Part shown: positions 13,735-27,250 of the stretch, one piece after another
Numbering within the stretch: position 1 is the stretch's first letter
Layout of the letters: each line of letters begins with the position of its first letter
NCBI GenBank assembly: GCA_013239625.1
Contig: MU053513.1
Coordinates: 2,778,927-2,842,926, forward strand
Length of the DNA stretch: 64,000 nt
Reading direction: 5' to 3'
From: Lama guanicoe
Taxonomy: Eukaryota
Position numbers and translations under genes: made by a program
The notes under the pieces: generated by a model
What the model was told of the DNA's origin: nothing
Databases searched by the model: none
What the model saw: only the letters and a program-made list of their open reading frames with translations

Positions 13735-13772
<38 letters not shown>
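13735..13772. repeat. Compound (CT)n(CA)n microsatellite
   Basis: ctctctctctctct followed by (ca)12. Confidence 0.95.
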
Positions 13773-13836
13773 TACAGAGTCACCAGCTCAGCTTTTAATG
13801 TGTGAAAATTCCAGGGAAGTTACAGAGGAGGGAAAT

Positions 13837-13985
13837 GTTGGAGTCCAGAGTAGGCTGCCCCCAAAAGTGTCTCCATGCTTTATTGATTATTCTGAATTAA
13901 AGTGACTTAAGTACCGGCCAAGGCAAGAGGGTCCCTCTGGCCGTCCTTTCTGTCTCCCTGAAAGCAGGAAATAAAGTCTCAATTC
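13837..13985 (+). mobile_element. ERV1-class LTR 5' fragment (MER34/MER39-like)
   Basis: tgttggagtccagagtaggctgccccc...ttgattattctgaattaaag...ccctgaaagcaggaaataaa. 3' extent uncertain. Confidence 0.55.
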
Positions 13986-14589
13986 CCAGAGAAAGATATT
14001 AAGTAAGATGTTCACTTCCACGTATGTCCGACATTCTCAAATGGTTCAGTGGGGTTTCCTGGGTTAGGAGAAAGAGAGGACTCCTTTACTCCTTTTGCCT
14101 GAGACAAGGTGAATCGATTTCCTTAATTTAGAAAAACTGTATTTAGTTTGTTCACAAGCATATTTTGTTCTTTTTCTTTATTCACCTCATAAAATTTGCT
14201 TCCTTCAGTCAATCTTCCCTAAACTGAGACCTCCTCTGCTGCTGTTTCAGGGCAACAAAATGATTTAGTCTCCCTGGTGTTTGTTTTTGTGTGACTTAGA
14301 GCACAATCTCCTGGGATAAAGACCTTGCCTTTTGAAAGATTTGCCTTATAAAGTATCCTATATACATTTAGGGGCTTAGAAATTACAGAGGGAGTGTACC
14401 CAGGGCTTTGGGTATTGTCTGCAGCAGAGAAAGGATGGGAAAGAAGCTGGAGTCACTGAACAGGCTCTGGCCTTTTCCACCAGGAGGTCAGTGGTTTAAT
14501 TTGGCTTAAGGTAACAGCAAGCAAAAATCCAAATGAGGAATGGCTTGGATGAGGAGGCAGAGAGGAAAAGGAAAGGAGTGCATTTTAAA

Positions 14590-16820
14590 CTAATTTCCAT
14601 TTAATATGTTATTGCAAACACTAGAAGGAGGTTAAAAGAGAAAAAAAGAGAAAAACATGTGTCTTCCTCCACCTCCTGGGGTCCTCCCCCCACACCCTTT
14701 GGAGTAATCACTGTGTACTATTCCAGAAAAGGTTTATGAATATGTGGCCACATATAATTAGAGATAACATTTACTAGTTTTGCCTTTTTATTTTGTATAA
14801 ATGGGTTCACCGTAAATACTATTCTGCAACCTGTTCTTTTACTTCAAAATATACGTTGAATGTTTTTCCACATCCATATCCATTCCATAAATGCCTGAGT
14901 AAAAGGTGAAATTACTTTCCCAAAATTACCCCTCAGAAAAGGATAATTTGGGGGTTCCTGCAATATCTCTCAGATTATGGAGAGCTTTCCTCATTACTTA
15001 ATTTTGAACAAAAGATTGTTGTTTGGGAAAGATGCATCAGCCTGAACCAACCTCCGTCAGCAATAATTTTGAATGCTTCTTGAGGTTTCCTGATGGAATT
15101 GATTAAAACGGGGACAAAAAATTGATCAGATTAGTTTTCACTCCTGGGAGTAAGAACTCAAAATTTCAAGCTTGACATTGTATAAACAAGCCTTTCAAAG
15201 GTATTTTAATAAGTAACAGAATAGGCAGTTGTGTTGTGGAATCTCACATATACACCTACAGAATGAGTGATGATAAAGCAATTTTCCTGATGTTATGTGA
15301 CTGGGTCCTTGCGGTTTGGGATAAAGTTTCTAGAGAGAGCATCATACGAGGGCCAACGTATGCTGCATCTCAAGTAACAGATGGAAATAAGTGAAGTGTA
15401 CTCTAAAAATTATGTTAGATGGCACTTTCTTTAGGATTTAAATAATACTGACTCAAAATATGCAAACAGTGAAAACATTTCCAAAGTAATAAGTTGCAGG
15501 ATATGTGATCTTAAATGTGAATGTGTAACTAGGTTCATAAATTAAACCTAAGTAGACTTTTGACTATTTCATTTAGAAGACTAAAAGCATGTACTTTTAA
15601 GTTAACCAAAACCTTTAAAAAAATCTTCATCCTGGACAATATGAGATTGCTTTCTACTCTAGGCAACTTCCTCTGAGAGCATAATGGAAGATCGACTCCG
15701 TTCCTGAGGGCTGCCTAGTATTCCATAATAGAGGTGCACCGTGATTTGTTTTGCCAGTTGTCTGTGATGGCCATTTATATTTGATGTTCTGCAATTACAA
15801 ACAAGATTGAAATTAATTTCCTCAAATGTATCTACAGGCACCCTTGCAAGTGTTTCTATGGAATAAATTCTTCCAAGTGTAAACTCTGGGTCAATTTATG
15901 TTACAGCTGAACAGAATTTTCTATTCCTTCTTTACTTTCTCTCTTGCTCACAAGAAGTTCTATTACTGCAGCACATTTGAGTTACACTATACGTGGCGGT
16001 CAAAAGCAGCAAGGGAAATGCTTTATTATCTTATATATTTCCACTTGGAAGTTCACAAAGCCCTTCTCCTCCACCCAGCCCAGAGCACAGCAGGATCCCA
16101 CCAGGGGAGGACCCGATACAACTGAGAATCTGGTAGCTAAAAATCTGGAGGATGACTCGAAAGATAAAGGGACCATCTGGAGACAGAAAGAACCATGGAG
16201 AGAGGAGGTAAGAGAGGGCATAGGAAAGGAGATGAGAGCAGGAGCTCCCTAATTTTCATCTGAGTTGGACTCTGTGTAGTGTGCTAAGGGAGCTGAGAGG
16301 AAAAGCAAACGTATTCCCTGGATTACACTTTGTGTACACTTTGTTTCTGGTAATGGGACTCTACGTTCACACTCTGCCAGACAATATGCGTATTACTAAG
16401 AGGTAATGAGAAATACTGCCCAACTGCCCTCTAGAAAAGCTGGTTCAAATTCTACCCTAACCTAGAGTTTCCCCCATATCCTCTCCAATGTTTTGTATCA
16501 TCGACCTTTTAATTACTGCCAGTGAGTGAAAAATAATATCTCAGTGGTATTTCTTATACATAATTTTAAGTATCTTTTCTTGGTCGTTAACCAATTCTGT
16601 GTCTTATTCTTTGCCTATTTTGTTTTTGGTTGTTTATATTTTTCTTATTGATGTGTAAAGAGCCTGTTGCCTATTAAAGGAAATTAATGCTTTATCTGTC
16701 AAGTGGGGCAAATTATTCCATTTGTTATTTATCTTTTTATGCTGTCTAATTAATTAATATTGCTATACAGAAGATTTATATTCTTATGTTATTGAATTTA
16801 TCAATTACTTTTCTTACATC
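14590..16820 (-). mobile_element. Scattered antisense L1ME-type fragments (approx. 14590-14880, 15700-15900, 16400-16820)
   Basis: atactattctgcaacctgttcttttacttc; ctagtattccata; tactgcccaactgccctctagaaaagctgg. Confidence 0.6.
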
Positions 16821-17361
16821 CTCTGTTGTGAAGTGCTGTTATATTTTAAGGCCAGCTGGTTAATGTATCAGAACACAAAAGCAATCAGAATCTCATTCAA
16901 GCCAAGTGATTTTGGACAAGTCACATAAATTTCAATGTTTCTTCCTCTACAGAGAAGAAACTTAATCCTTCTGTTTTTCTCTGCTGCCCTGAGAAATGAA
17001 TGAGGCAAGGTTTATCAAAGGCTCTTGACCCTACACAGTCTACATGAGTGGTAAAGTAATTTAGATCTGCAAATAAAGGAAACAATGTGAAGCATTTTTA
17101 GAAACTGAATTCTTCCAAAATAAACACCTGAATTAGGAAAAAGTAATGCAAATTTGTGAGATCAACTAAATAGTTTTCAAAAAAATGAAGAGGATTTTAT
17201 GAAAGCTTCTTTCTCCTGTTGGTCAAAACTCCCCCAAACCATCCTGGATACTGTAGGCTATCAGGTCACCTTAGTGACCCTCACAATTAGAAAGTTCCTT
17301 TATGTGTGGTGTCAGTAGTGGAGACTGATAGTTAGGGGAAAAAAAACCTAATCACTTAGTC

Positions 17362-17850
17362 TTTAAAATTTTTTTTAACTTAATTTTTAAAAAAGTTATT
17401 ACATTTTTATACAAGTTTTAAAGGTTACTCTCCCTTTACAGTTATTACAAAACATTGACTATACACCTCATGTTGTACAATAGATCCTTAAGCCTATTTC
17501 ATACCCAATAGTGTGTGTCTCCCACTGTCCTATCCCTATATTGTCCCTCCACTTCTCTCCCTATGGGTAACCACTAGTTTGTTCTCCATATCTGTGAATT
17601 TGCTTCTTGTTTGTTATATTCATTAGTTTGTTGTATTTTTAGATTCTATATATAAGTGATATCATACAGTATTTCTCCGTCTGACTTAGTTCACTTAGCA
17701 TAATGCCCTTCAAATTCATCCATATTGCTGCAAGTGGCAAAATTATGTTCTTTTTATGGCTGAGTAGTATTCCATTATAGATAGATAGATAGATAGATAG
17801 ATAAATGTTGTTGATATATGTTGCTGATGAACACTTAGGACACTAACCCA
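17362..17850 (-). mobile_element. Artiodactyl-type L1 3' end
   Basis: gggtaaccactagtttgttctc...ttagattctatatataagtgatatcatacagtattt...catccatattgctgcaagtggc. Degenerate flanking repeat ctaa(t/c)cactta. Confidence 0.9.
17777..17803. repeat. (ATAG)n tetranucleotide microsatellite inside L1
   Basis: atagatagatagatagatagatagata. Confidence 0.95.
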
Positions 17851-18414
17851 CTAAATCACTAACCACTTACTCATCAGTTAGGGGTTCTAACCAATTAAGA
17901 ACAGAAAGAACAAGCCAATTGGTGATTACAATAGAGCATTAGTTTTATGGGTGAGTAAAAGCACGGGGGAATGTGGAAGGACTTCCTACCACTGTCTCTT
18001 GGGAACTCATGGTTCTGACTTGGCCACTAGGTACAAGCAGTAATGCAGAGATCAAGAGGGAAGAGCCCTGGCCGGGCTGCCAGAAGCAGCTCCTGTGTGG
18101 CCTGCTTACTGCACGGAGTCACAGGGGCAAAGCCCTCAGAGTGGGACAGACTGGTGTGCAGGGCACGGAAGAGCTCAGCCAAAGGGTGTAAGTTGTTACC
18201 CTGCCCTTGACTTGCCTGGTAAAGACACTCAGGCTTTCTGTATTCTCCCATTTCAGATGAGCCCTCCTCTGGGGAGAGTGAGGACACTAAGAGACAGGAA
18301 AAGTACCTTTTTTTAAATACTGCCCATGTTGAGGAGGTGCTGAATGGACTCCCTTGTCTTCCATTGGAAATATGAAGACGGAGAGAAAGAGAGAGATAAG
18401 TATTCATCCCCTAA

Positions 18415-18640
18415 GATTATGGGCTTTGATGCAGACAATCTTAGCTTTGAATCTACCAATACTCGCTGGGCAGCTTTAGGCAAGTTACTTAAACTCTCTG
18501 ACCCCTAGCTGCCTCCTCTCTAAAATGGGAAATGAATACCTACCTGTCAGGTAAGGGAGAGAATTTTAGAGACAATACATGTAAGGCACTTAGCAGAGTA
18601 ACTGGAGCGGAACGTGAACTCCATAAATGCTAGCTTTGCT
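18415..18640 (+). mobile_element. MIR SINE
   Basis: gctttaggcaagttacttaaactctctg...taaaatggg...gtaaggcacttagcag. Confidence 0.85.
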
Positions 18641-21047
18641 TCTGTATCCCCTAAATCTTTCATAAGGACCAGGCTTAGTTTTGCTTCTTCACCTTAGTGA
18701 AAGTGAACAGCCACAGATTAACCTCCCATCACGGTTTGGCTTCATGTTTTTGAAGTTAAGCAATACCATTTCTCTCACCCTCTTTCCCTGGGGCCTAGAT
18801 TTTCCAGCCTTGGACATGACTGTGGCCCTCTTCAGAACCCTCCTCTCATCCTCTTCACTTCTCTTCTTTGTGGAGCAACAGACTGGGCAATGGGCTCTGG
18901 TCTCAAAGACCAAGGAGATGCAACAGGCACAGGGACAACAGATTTCCTTCCCCTGGCCCACCTCCGCACCCCCCCCCCAGCAAGGCTGCCCACAGGTACA
19001 CCTCATACCTCACCCCCAACCAGGACCTGGAGAGTCCCTTTCTTTGAATTCTGTGGTGTCAGTGACTCCTCATTTCCTACCATTCCAGATACTGTAGCTC
19101 CCCTTCCTCAGAGAATCCTAAATTACAGTTATTAATGCTCCTGACTAGGTCCCCTGAAGAAAGCAGACCATCTGGTACCTCTGGCGAGGTTTCAAATTGT
19201 AATCGTTAAAAAATGAATCCCCCCAAATAAATTAAAAATAAAGGAACAAATACCAAACTTTTCAGTTCTTCACCCATGTGAAGAAGGCAGATGGCAGAAT
19301 GGCCCCAGCGTTGGAGAAAGCTCCCACCTGAGGCCACAGAGCAGTCAGCCTTAAAGGGCAGTGACTTCAGGATGCAGACATATGGAGAGGTCATTTGTTT
19401 CTCATTTACCCAACAGATAAGAATATGGAAATAGTCTCAGTCCATTTGTATGATAGGCCTCCTAAGCCAGTGATAAACAAATCAATACAATTAGTTTTGG
19501 CTCATCATCATTAAGGAACCTTCACTGCTGGGACCTAATTTAATTGTACCTCTTGCTTCACAGGAAAGGAAACCTCTGGAGATGGGTGGCTTCTCTTGGG
19601 GTCATAGCGGTGTGGTAAGGGGGGGGTGGCTCAGTGTCTGTATGACTCCTTGAGAACAGTGTGCATATGTAAGGCACAGCTGGGGTCTGCCCAGGATGCT
19701 TCTAAGTGCTCCTGCTACAAGTTCCTGGGAATTCATTTGAACAAATCTGCATTCTGTGTGAAGCGCAGATATAACAATGCTAACAAATTGAAACAATGAA
19801 TAAAGATTAAAATGAGGATGTCTAATCCAGAAATGAAATCAAACCAGAAGCCAGAATGCCTGGTGTGAGTCGTCCACATCCCTCTGTGATAGTGACAAGA
19901 GTTACAGAGCTGCCTCTTGCCCCAGCTTTTCCAGCTGTCTCTAGCACATTATGACTAATAAGCAGCTAATTACTCTGCAAACAAGACCTGTGAACTCAAT
20001 GTTGCTTGTACAAAGCACTCTTTGGACCAAAGCTAGTTCTTCATAGACTTAAAGGTTTGAAAAGCACCTGTCTACATCTCAGATGGATTATTTCGTATGG
20101 ACGCGGACCCATTTCACATCTTTCCACTTCCTCCCCTCACTTCCAAGTAGAACACATCTTTAAACATAAAGAGATGGTTGTCCAATTAGAATAGCTGAAA
20201 TTTTGATTTGGAAGTGATCTTAGAAATATCTGTGTGGCCAAAATCCTAAGCTTCAAATTAGGAAACTAAGGCACCGAGTAGCCAACTTATTTGCCTAGGT
20301 TACCCAGCAGGATGTGGATGGTTTGGTACTTGAATCTAAAACTCCGTTGGAGGGTTCCCTCTGCTACAGCCTAACAAGTCCCTATTTCCAAAATTCCCTG
20401 CTAAGGGAGACAAAAAACAAAATGTTTTAAAAGTTGAATTTACTCTCAACTTGTAGTCCTTTCCCACTGGGTTCCACAGAGATCATCAATGGAGAAAAAT
20501 TATTTGTCCAAGATTAACGCAGCTTCTAATGCACAGAAGCCAGTAATCAATTAAATTTTTGGAATTGACTTCATATCTCTTTCCTTTTCTAAGTACAGTG
20601 GGATACATGTTGATTTAAAAATCCATATTTAAACATATGGATATTACAACTTGGAGGTGAGTTACCTGAAAAAGTCTCCTGACCTTTATCAGACTGTGAT
20701 GTGAGAAATAATTTTTTTTATTAAGCTAGTATAATACAGGGACTGATTGTTACAGTACATAGCATTATGTAACCTGACAAATACGCAAGACTTTTCACAT
20801 CATTGTTTGAGATTACAAAGGCAGCCATAGAATACCTTCCAACCAGAGCAAGAAATTCTCCCTTAAGCACCTAATTCATATGCAACAATATTATGACAAG
20901 TATACTGTGATTTTTAGCACCCTTCTCTAACAATAGCAAAATTAACTCCTTCTGTTATTCAGAAGAAGTATTTATTCACTCCATTTTCTAACACTAGTAA
21001 AAATGTTTATTAAGTAAGTACCTAGCACACACACAATACATGCACTC

Positions 21048-21456
21048 TGTGAAGGTTAATCTTATGTGTCAACTTGACCAGGCCTCAGGGTGCCCCTAAA
21101 TTTGGTTGAACATAAATCAGTAGACTGGGTAAAGCAGATTGCCCACTTCAATCACCCTAATGTGGGTGGGCCCCATCTGATCAGTTGAAGGGCTGAACAG
21201 AAATAAAAGAATGATCCTCTTGTGAGTAAGAAGAAACTCCCCCTGTCTTTGTACTCAATATTGGCTCTTCTCGGGCTTTGGGCCTGTAGGCCCTTGGAAT
21301 GGAGCTACACATTATTGGCTCTCCTGGGTCTCCCATCTGCCAACGGCAGATCTTGGGACTTGTCAGCCTCCATATCACGAGAGCCAATTCCTTATAATAA
21401 ACCGTATATATATATTCTATCCTTTTGGCTGTGTGTCTCTGAAGAATTCTAACACA
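21048..21456 (+). mobile_element. ERVL solo LTR (MLT2-like)
   Basis: tgtgaaggttaatcttatgtgtcaacttgacc...atcagttgaagggctgaacagaa...tctctgaagaattctaacaca. Confidence 0.85.
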
Positions 21457-23869
21457 GGCCCAATGAGTGTTTGTAAATGAACAAATCGATTAGAAAACTT
21501 AATTCAAGAGACTTGACAGGACCAAAATTTCTTCCAAGAAAGAAAAACAACTTGACTTAAAAACAGGATTCTCCAGTAGAATGTCAGAAATGAGACAGTA
21601 GATATTTAAGCTGGTATGGGTCCCAGAAAGCATAGGAAGTGATTGAGATCCCACTTAGGCCTCAAAATGGATGGGAAATGTATTCAGAAAATGGAACTAG
21701 AACTGTGTTCAGAAATCCTACTACCAAGATTGAGTCTAGGTTGTGATAAACACCAAGACATTTTAACGGATATTCTACTATGTGAAAAACACCATAGAGC
21801 TGCAGAGATTTACAGAGATAGGAACAGAGACCCTACTAAGGGCCTGGGCAGAGATGAAAAAGGAGCTCTGGTGATAAAGAGGGGCAGATCTGGAGGAATG
21901 GGACAGCTACATGCACCTGCTCATATGCTCTGAGGAAATGGCCCTGCACCCACGCAAGATTTTCAGATTATGCAGATTCATGGTAAGTCTGCTGTCAATT
22001 TGAAAAAGTTCTGAATGACCAAATCCAATACCTCTTCTTTTAACACACATGGTAAAAGAACAATGTGGGCCAAATATATAAACAATGCATGTTAAACCTG
22101 TTTTGAAATCAGAATACACCATACAATAAAAACACAGAACTGATACCAAATGTTTGCACTTTTATTCTGAAAAGCTGGAAACACACCTATATATGTTATC
22201 TCATTCAAAGCAGGGACACAGGTATTCCTTTTGGTCAGTTCAGAAAGGCTCACATTTTAGAAAACTAGAAGCTTTCAAAATAACAGGGCACATTTGAGAA
22301 ATAATCAAAATCAGGAACTAATATTTAAGAGATCTTAACAGAAAATCGGGAGTAAAAGGTAGGTTTGAGCAGAGACACCAGGGAGCTGACAAGGTGACAG
22401 CTGTAGTTTCCGTGTCTTTCTTTCAAACTAAAATCATCTTTCTACCTCTGGTACCCCCTAAATTCCCTTGCCGTACAAGTCCCACTCCAAAGTCAGTTTT
22501 CTAGTGTTGTCCCCCTGTCAGTTTCTCTAGGCCTCTCTAGGTGTGCCCCATGCCCCGAGTCTTTCAGACTTCTCCAGATCTAGACGGCACAATCTACCTC
22601 TCGAGCCACCTGAAAAACTTCCAGCACAATAGTTTATATAACAGATATTCTTTACTTCCAAAGACAGCATTCAGTTTTGAAAAGTTGATGAATGATATAA
22701 GCAATTGAAAACAATCTAAAATTGAACTCAATATGGAATAAAATGATATATAAAAGTAGGTCTACTGGTCTTTTAGAAAAAAGTCAACAAATATAAGACA
22801 ATATCAACTCTCCGCTCCACATCCCCAGCCCATCCCCTCACAGGCCCAGCCCTCAGGGGGAAGTAAGCGAATAGGGTTATAGACAATCCCAGGGCACCAG
22901 GAGCTGACTCTCCTTGCAGGAAAATCAGCTAGTTGGTGGAACAGGTGATGACACATGGCTGATGAATGATATTACACTGACATTACTCTGCAGCAGATGT
23001 GCAGTAACCCAAAACTTCTCAAACTCCTGTGCTTACTACTCTTACATACGTATTTACCACCCCATGCAAATCTCCCCCTTATGCATACCCTTGAGCTCAT
23101 CTAGATTCCCTCTCAGTGTTTCCTTGAGGGTGGCTTATACTGTACTCTAGGTGGTCCTATACCATGGACTACTTTCACGCCCAAATTAGGTTTGCATAAC
23201 TATTTCCTTGTATTATCATGGTGTTACAACACGGTGGGTAGTTTGGTTTCCTAAGACACTTTGTATAGTATGGGTGTGACTTAGTGTTTGTGACACGTGG
23301 CTGCAAATCAGTTTTCTTTCAAATCACTCTAATCCAATAATCAGGTATCTAGTTTGCGATAATAGATAATGTTTTTTCTTTTTAATTTTTACTAAGCTCT
23401 TATTTTTAGGTCTGTATGTTGGTTTCCTTTTGATGTAAGACTATTTTTCTCACTTAAGCCTACTTATTCTAAAGCATCATTAAATCTGCTATTTTATTTT
23501 ACTTCCCATTAATTATGTGTTTTATTTACTCAGTGTAAGGATCTCTTGGTAATTCTGCAGGCCTATAGAACACCAATAAAATTATTCCTATTTATTAACT
23601 CACTGGGCCTCCAGTCCATTCTTAGAAGGGCAATGAGTTAACTCACTGGGAGGGAAAGAGCAAAGATCATGGAACGAGAAACCCTAACTAGCCACAGTGC
23701 AGGTTACTAACTTGTCTGAACCTTAGTTTACTCATCAAATAGGAATAATAATTTATCCTGCAAATGCCATGGGATAGTTGTATATATTAAATTGTATACT
23801 CGTATCAAGATGTCAAATTGGAAGTTTTGGTTGAACACTCAGCTTTTGTGGATAACAGATACCAAAACG

Positions 23870-24900
23870 ATTTATGAGATAAACGAGCCTCCTGGATTTG
23901 AAAAGGAGACAACTAAAACCAACCACATAATCTTAAGTGAGTTGGCTATGCAGAATATAAGAGGTTTGAGGCAGGAATTTGAGTGGGAACTTCTTCAGCA
24001 AGAGCCTTCCCCAAAGGGGTGTTTACCCCTTCACATCCAATCAAGTGAAAGAAACTTTGACAAGACCACTTGGAAACTTGGTCTGTGTCCCCTGTTTGGG
24101 ACATGTAGTGAACTGGCATCCAACATCCAGTAGCAACAATGATCTGAGAAGTGTCCCTCAGAGTTTCCTGGGGCAAAAGTTGTAAGAGTATGTACCTTAC
24201 ATTAAACATAGGCCATGTAAACAAAGGAACCAGAATAAGGTTGTGTTAGTTCCATTGTATTCAATAGGGCCTTTGAGATGGGAAAACTCCCCAAATAGAA
24301 GCTGGGGGTGGACCTTGTACCCTCATGCCTCAGGACCACAGAAAGGGTGAGGACCTAGTCAAAGGAAAATGAATCATCACCTGTATCAGGAGAACTGTGC
24401 ACTTGAGTGGTTCCCATCACTGAGTGGCGTGGGGAGTCCAAAGAACCCATGAAAGTGTTCCGTGAGGAAAAGAGTGTTAATCGGCCAGGCCCAGGGGGCA
24501 TGAGGCCAGCCTATAGCAGAAGTGGCCCTTTAAGAGCTTGCCTCTCCGCCTTACCTCTTGCTCCAATTCCAAATGGTCTATAAATAGCAGCAGGCTAGTG
24601 CAGAGAGAAGCAAGAGTGGAAAAGAAACCAAATGCATCACGTTTTCAGGCTGTGGGCCCACTGGGAGAAGAGACAGTGGCTGTAATTTTGAATGAAGTTG
24701 GCAGGTTTGACTATTACACGGGACTGGACATTTCAAGTACCAAACTGTGATAGTATTTTGTTACCTAAAGTGACCAGAATATTTTTTATTACTTAAGAAA
24801 TATCAGAAAACTCATGGGTATAGCCAAGCTGAGGTTTCATCCAGCAGTGGAAAAGAAACTGAAAATACTTTAAACAGAGAGGTGACAAAATAATTTTATT
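23870..24900 (+). mobile_element. Ancient long LTR (LTR78/LTR79-like), copy 1
   Basis: 3' block ggactggacattt...aaagtgaccag...tcatggg...tttcatccag resembles recalled LTR78/79. 5' boundary uncertain. Confidence 0.55.
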
Positions 24901-25039
24901 ATTATAGTCCACAAGTCATCAGTTTTCAAGGCACTTACAATATACACACTATATACATATATAAATATATATACTATATAATATTATGCTAAAAAAATTG
25001 AAGTCTCTACAGAGACTGCAACATAAAATAGATGAGAAC

Positions 25040-26070
25040 TTCTAAGGCCAACCCATCATGTCCAGATTTTCAAAAGACAGTTCTTTGATCCTAGAATTTA
25101 ATCCCCACTCTGAGAATCTGAGAGGGTCCAGAGTGCAGAGCAAGGGAGAAAAGGGGTGAAGGAATTTCATCAGAAAGCTCTGGCTTTGCTGAATCTCTCT
25201 CCCCGCTGCTACCCCAAGTCTGGTGAGGGGATCTTCAAACCATCACTGGGAGATCCATAGGCTGTGTTTCCCGGTCAGGAGGTAGAGAAGACTTGTGTCT
25301 AACTAACCCGTGACTAACCAGGCTGCCCTCTCCGAGTCAACCAAGGGAGGGATATGAATGTTTCCCATGGAGCAGACGAGGTTCACATGGGAGAGAGAGA
25401 GAAAGTGTGGGGTTTTCTTACATTATCCCTAAGAAGTCTTCCTAGAAGACTCACACCACGGATATGTACCCTCCAGCTCCTAAGGGCTGAGAAAAGAGCC
25501 ACAGGAGACCATCTAGACTAGAATATGCTTAGGAACATGCTTAGGATAAGGGTCCAGAAGAAGGGGCCCCGGGGGAACCTCTAAAGGGCCCACGAAACCT
25601 GCCTCAACCAGGCAGATCACCTTGAACCACCTGCCAGACTCAGAGAACTAACAGCCAGTGGAGCCAAGGTACTGCCCCCTTAACTTCCCTCCCATCTCAT
25701 CCAACCCTGAGCTGAGGTGATCTGAAACAGCAGTTATAAGGTGAGGAAAGAGATGAGCAAAGGAGAGTAGAGAAAGGGCCTAAGCCCATGGGCCCTTCTC
25801 GGACTGCACGGCTGCACCTGGGGGAGGCGAGAAGACTGAACCTTAACTCAAGTTCAGAGTTTTGATTATTCCATAGAACTGGAAATCACAGTTACTGAAC
25901 TGAGACTGTGTTTGTGACTTTAAGGCATTTTAGAACCGTTTTACCCATGAATGAGCAGAGGAATTATGGAGCCTACTAGAATTTTCATCCAGGAGCAGAG
26001 AAAAAGAATCCCTTTCCAAAAAAAAAAGCTAAAAGGATGGTAGAGAACAAAATTTGCACTTGATTGTATA
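25040..26070 (+). mobile_element. Ancient long LTR (LTR78/LTR79-like), copy 2
   Basis: 25850-26010 is visibly homologous to 24695-24860 (aagtt..gtttga.tatt..ac.g..actgga...tttcatccag). Confidence 0.55.
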
Positions 26071-26089
26071 GTAATCAGCAGTAATATAC

Positions 26090-26160
26090 TACAATGGCTA
26101 GAACAGTCCTGGCATATAGTAGGTACTCAACAAACATTTATTCATTAAATAAATGAATAA
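26090..26160 (+). mobile_element. L2 3' terminus
   Basis: gaacagtcctggcatatagtaggtactcaacaaacattta...aaatgaataa. Confidence 0.8.
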
Positions 26161-27034
26161 CAAGTTAGTTTCCTATATATATATATGGATGGACACACAT
26201 GCAAACACACACACCAGCAGCTCTGGAAACCATAAAGCTTCCTGTAGCAATACTTCCAAATAAATACATTGTAATAGTAATTATTAATGGTGGTAGTTTC
26301 CAATTCCCTGCAATCTTGATAAGCAAGGGTTGCCATGGAAAGCATTCATCCATTCACCGCCCATCCAGTCACTAATTTAGTGCTGACAAAACAACTGCTT
26401 CCTTCCAGGTACCATGATTGGCAGTGGAGATATAACAATGATGCAGCTCCTGTCTTTACAGATCTCACTGTTCAAAAGGGGAAGACAGATAAGCAAACAA
26501 ACAATTGTTCTCAGAAAGCTTGAAATTTTGACTGGGGAGGATGAGAAAGCAGAAGAAAGATGAGTGGAATTTGCCTGGGCCGGCTGCGTTCAGGCCAGCT
26601 CCGGCCCCCATTAAGGGCAGCGTGGGCTGGGGAAACAGCAGACCCGGCAAAGAACAAGAAGGGGCAGAGGTGCCAAGCGGGCACTTTGCTCTCTTCACAA
26701 ACGTGTGTAGCACTGGTTCTGGAAGCGGGAGCCAGGTGGCGTTACAGAGTCACGGACACAGGGTGGGTGTCAGCATGGGCTAGAATGGATGGCTGGGGGA
26801 GTACGGGGGCCAAAGGCCAGAATGCCTCGTAAATTGCCTTACAGTGCCTTGTATGCATTTATGCAGTCATTCATTCAGTAAGTAGTTATTAAGTGTTGGC
26901 TCTGGGCCAGCCCATATGCTCCGGGATGGGGGCTCTGGAGAAGCGTCCACGGGAAGCCCACCCTGGTCTTCCTGATCCTTAGCTATCTCTTCTTGTCAGG
27001 GCTTCCTGTTTTACCGCTTTCTTAGCAATTAAGA

Positions 27035-27250
27035 ACACAGGCTTGGAACGAACCCTATCTGAATTTTGTCTAGGTGACTCCAGTCAAGTTATTTAATTCC
27101 TCTGAACCTCATTTTCCTCAGGGGTGGAAATGCTATAGTTAAAGTGCCTCCTTGGAGAGCTGTTGAGTGGATTCAATGAGACAATGCACGTGAAGGAACT
27201 GGCGCATTTCCTTGCATGCAGGAAGCCCTGGATAAAGGTTAGCTATTTAT
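27035..27250 (+). mobile_element. MIR SINE
   Basis: gtgactccagtcaagttatttaattcctctgaacctcattttcctc...ggattcaatgagacaatgcacgtgaa. Confidence 0.8.
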
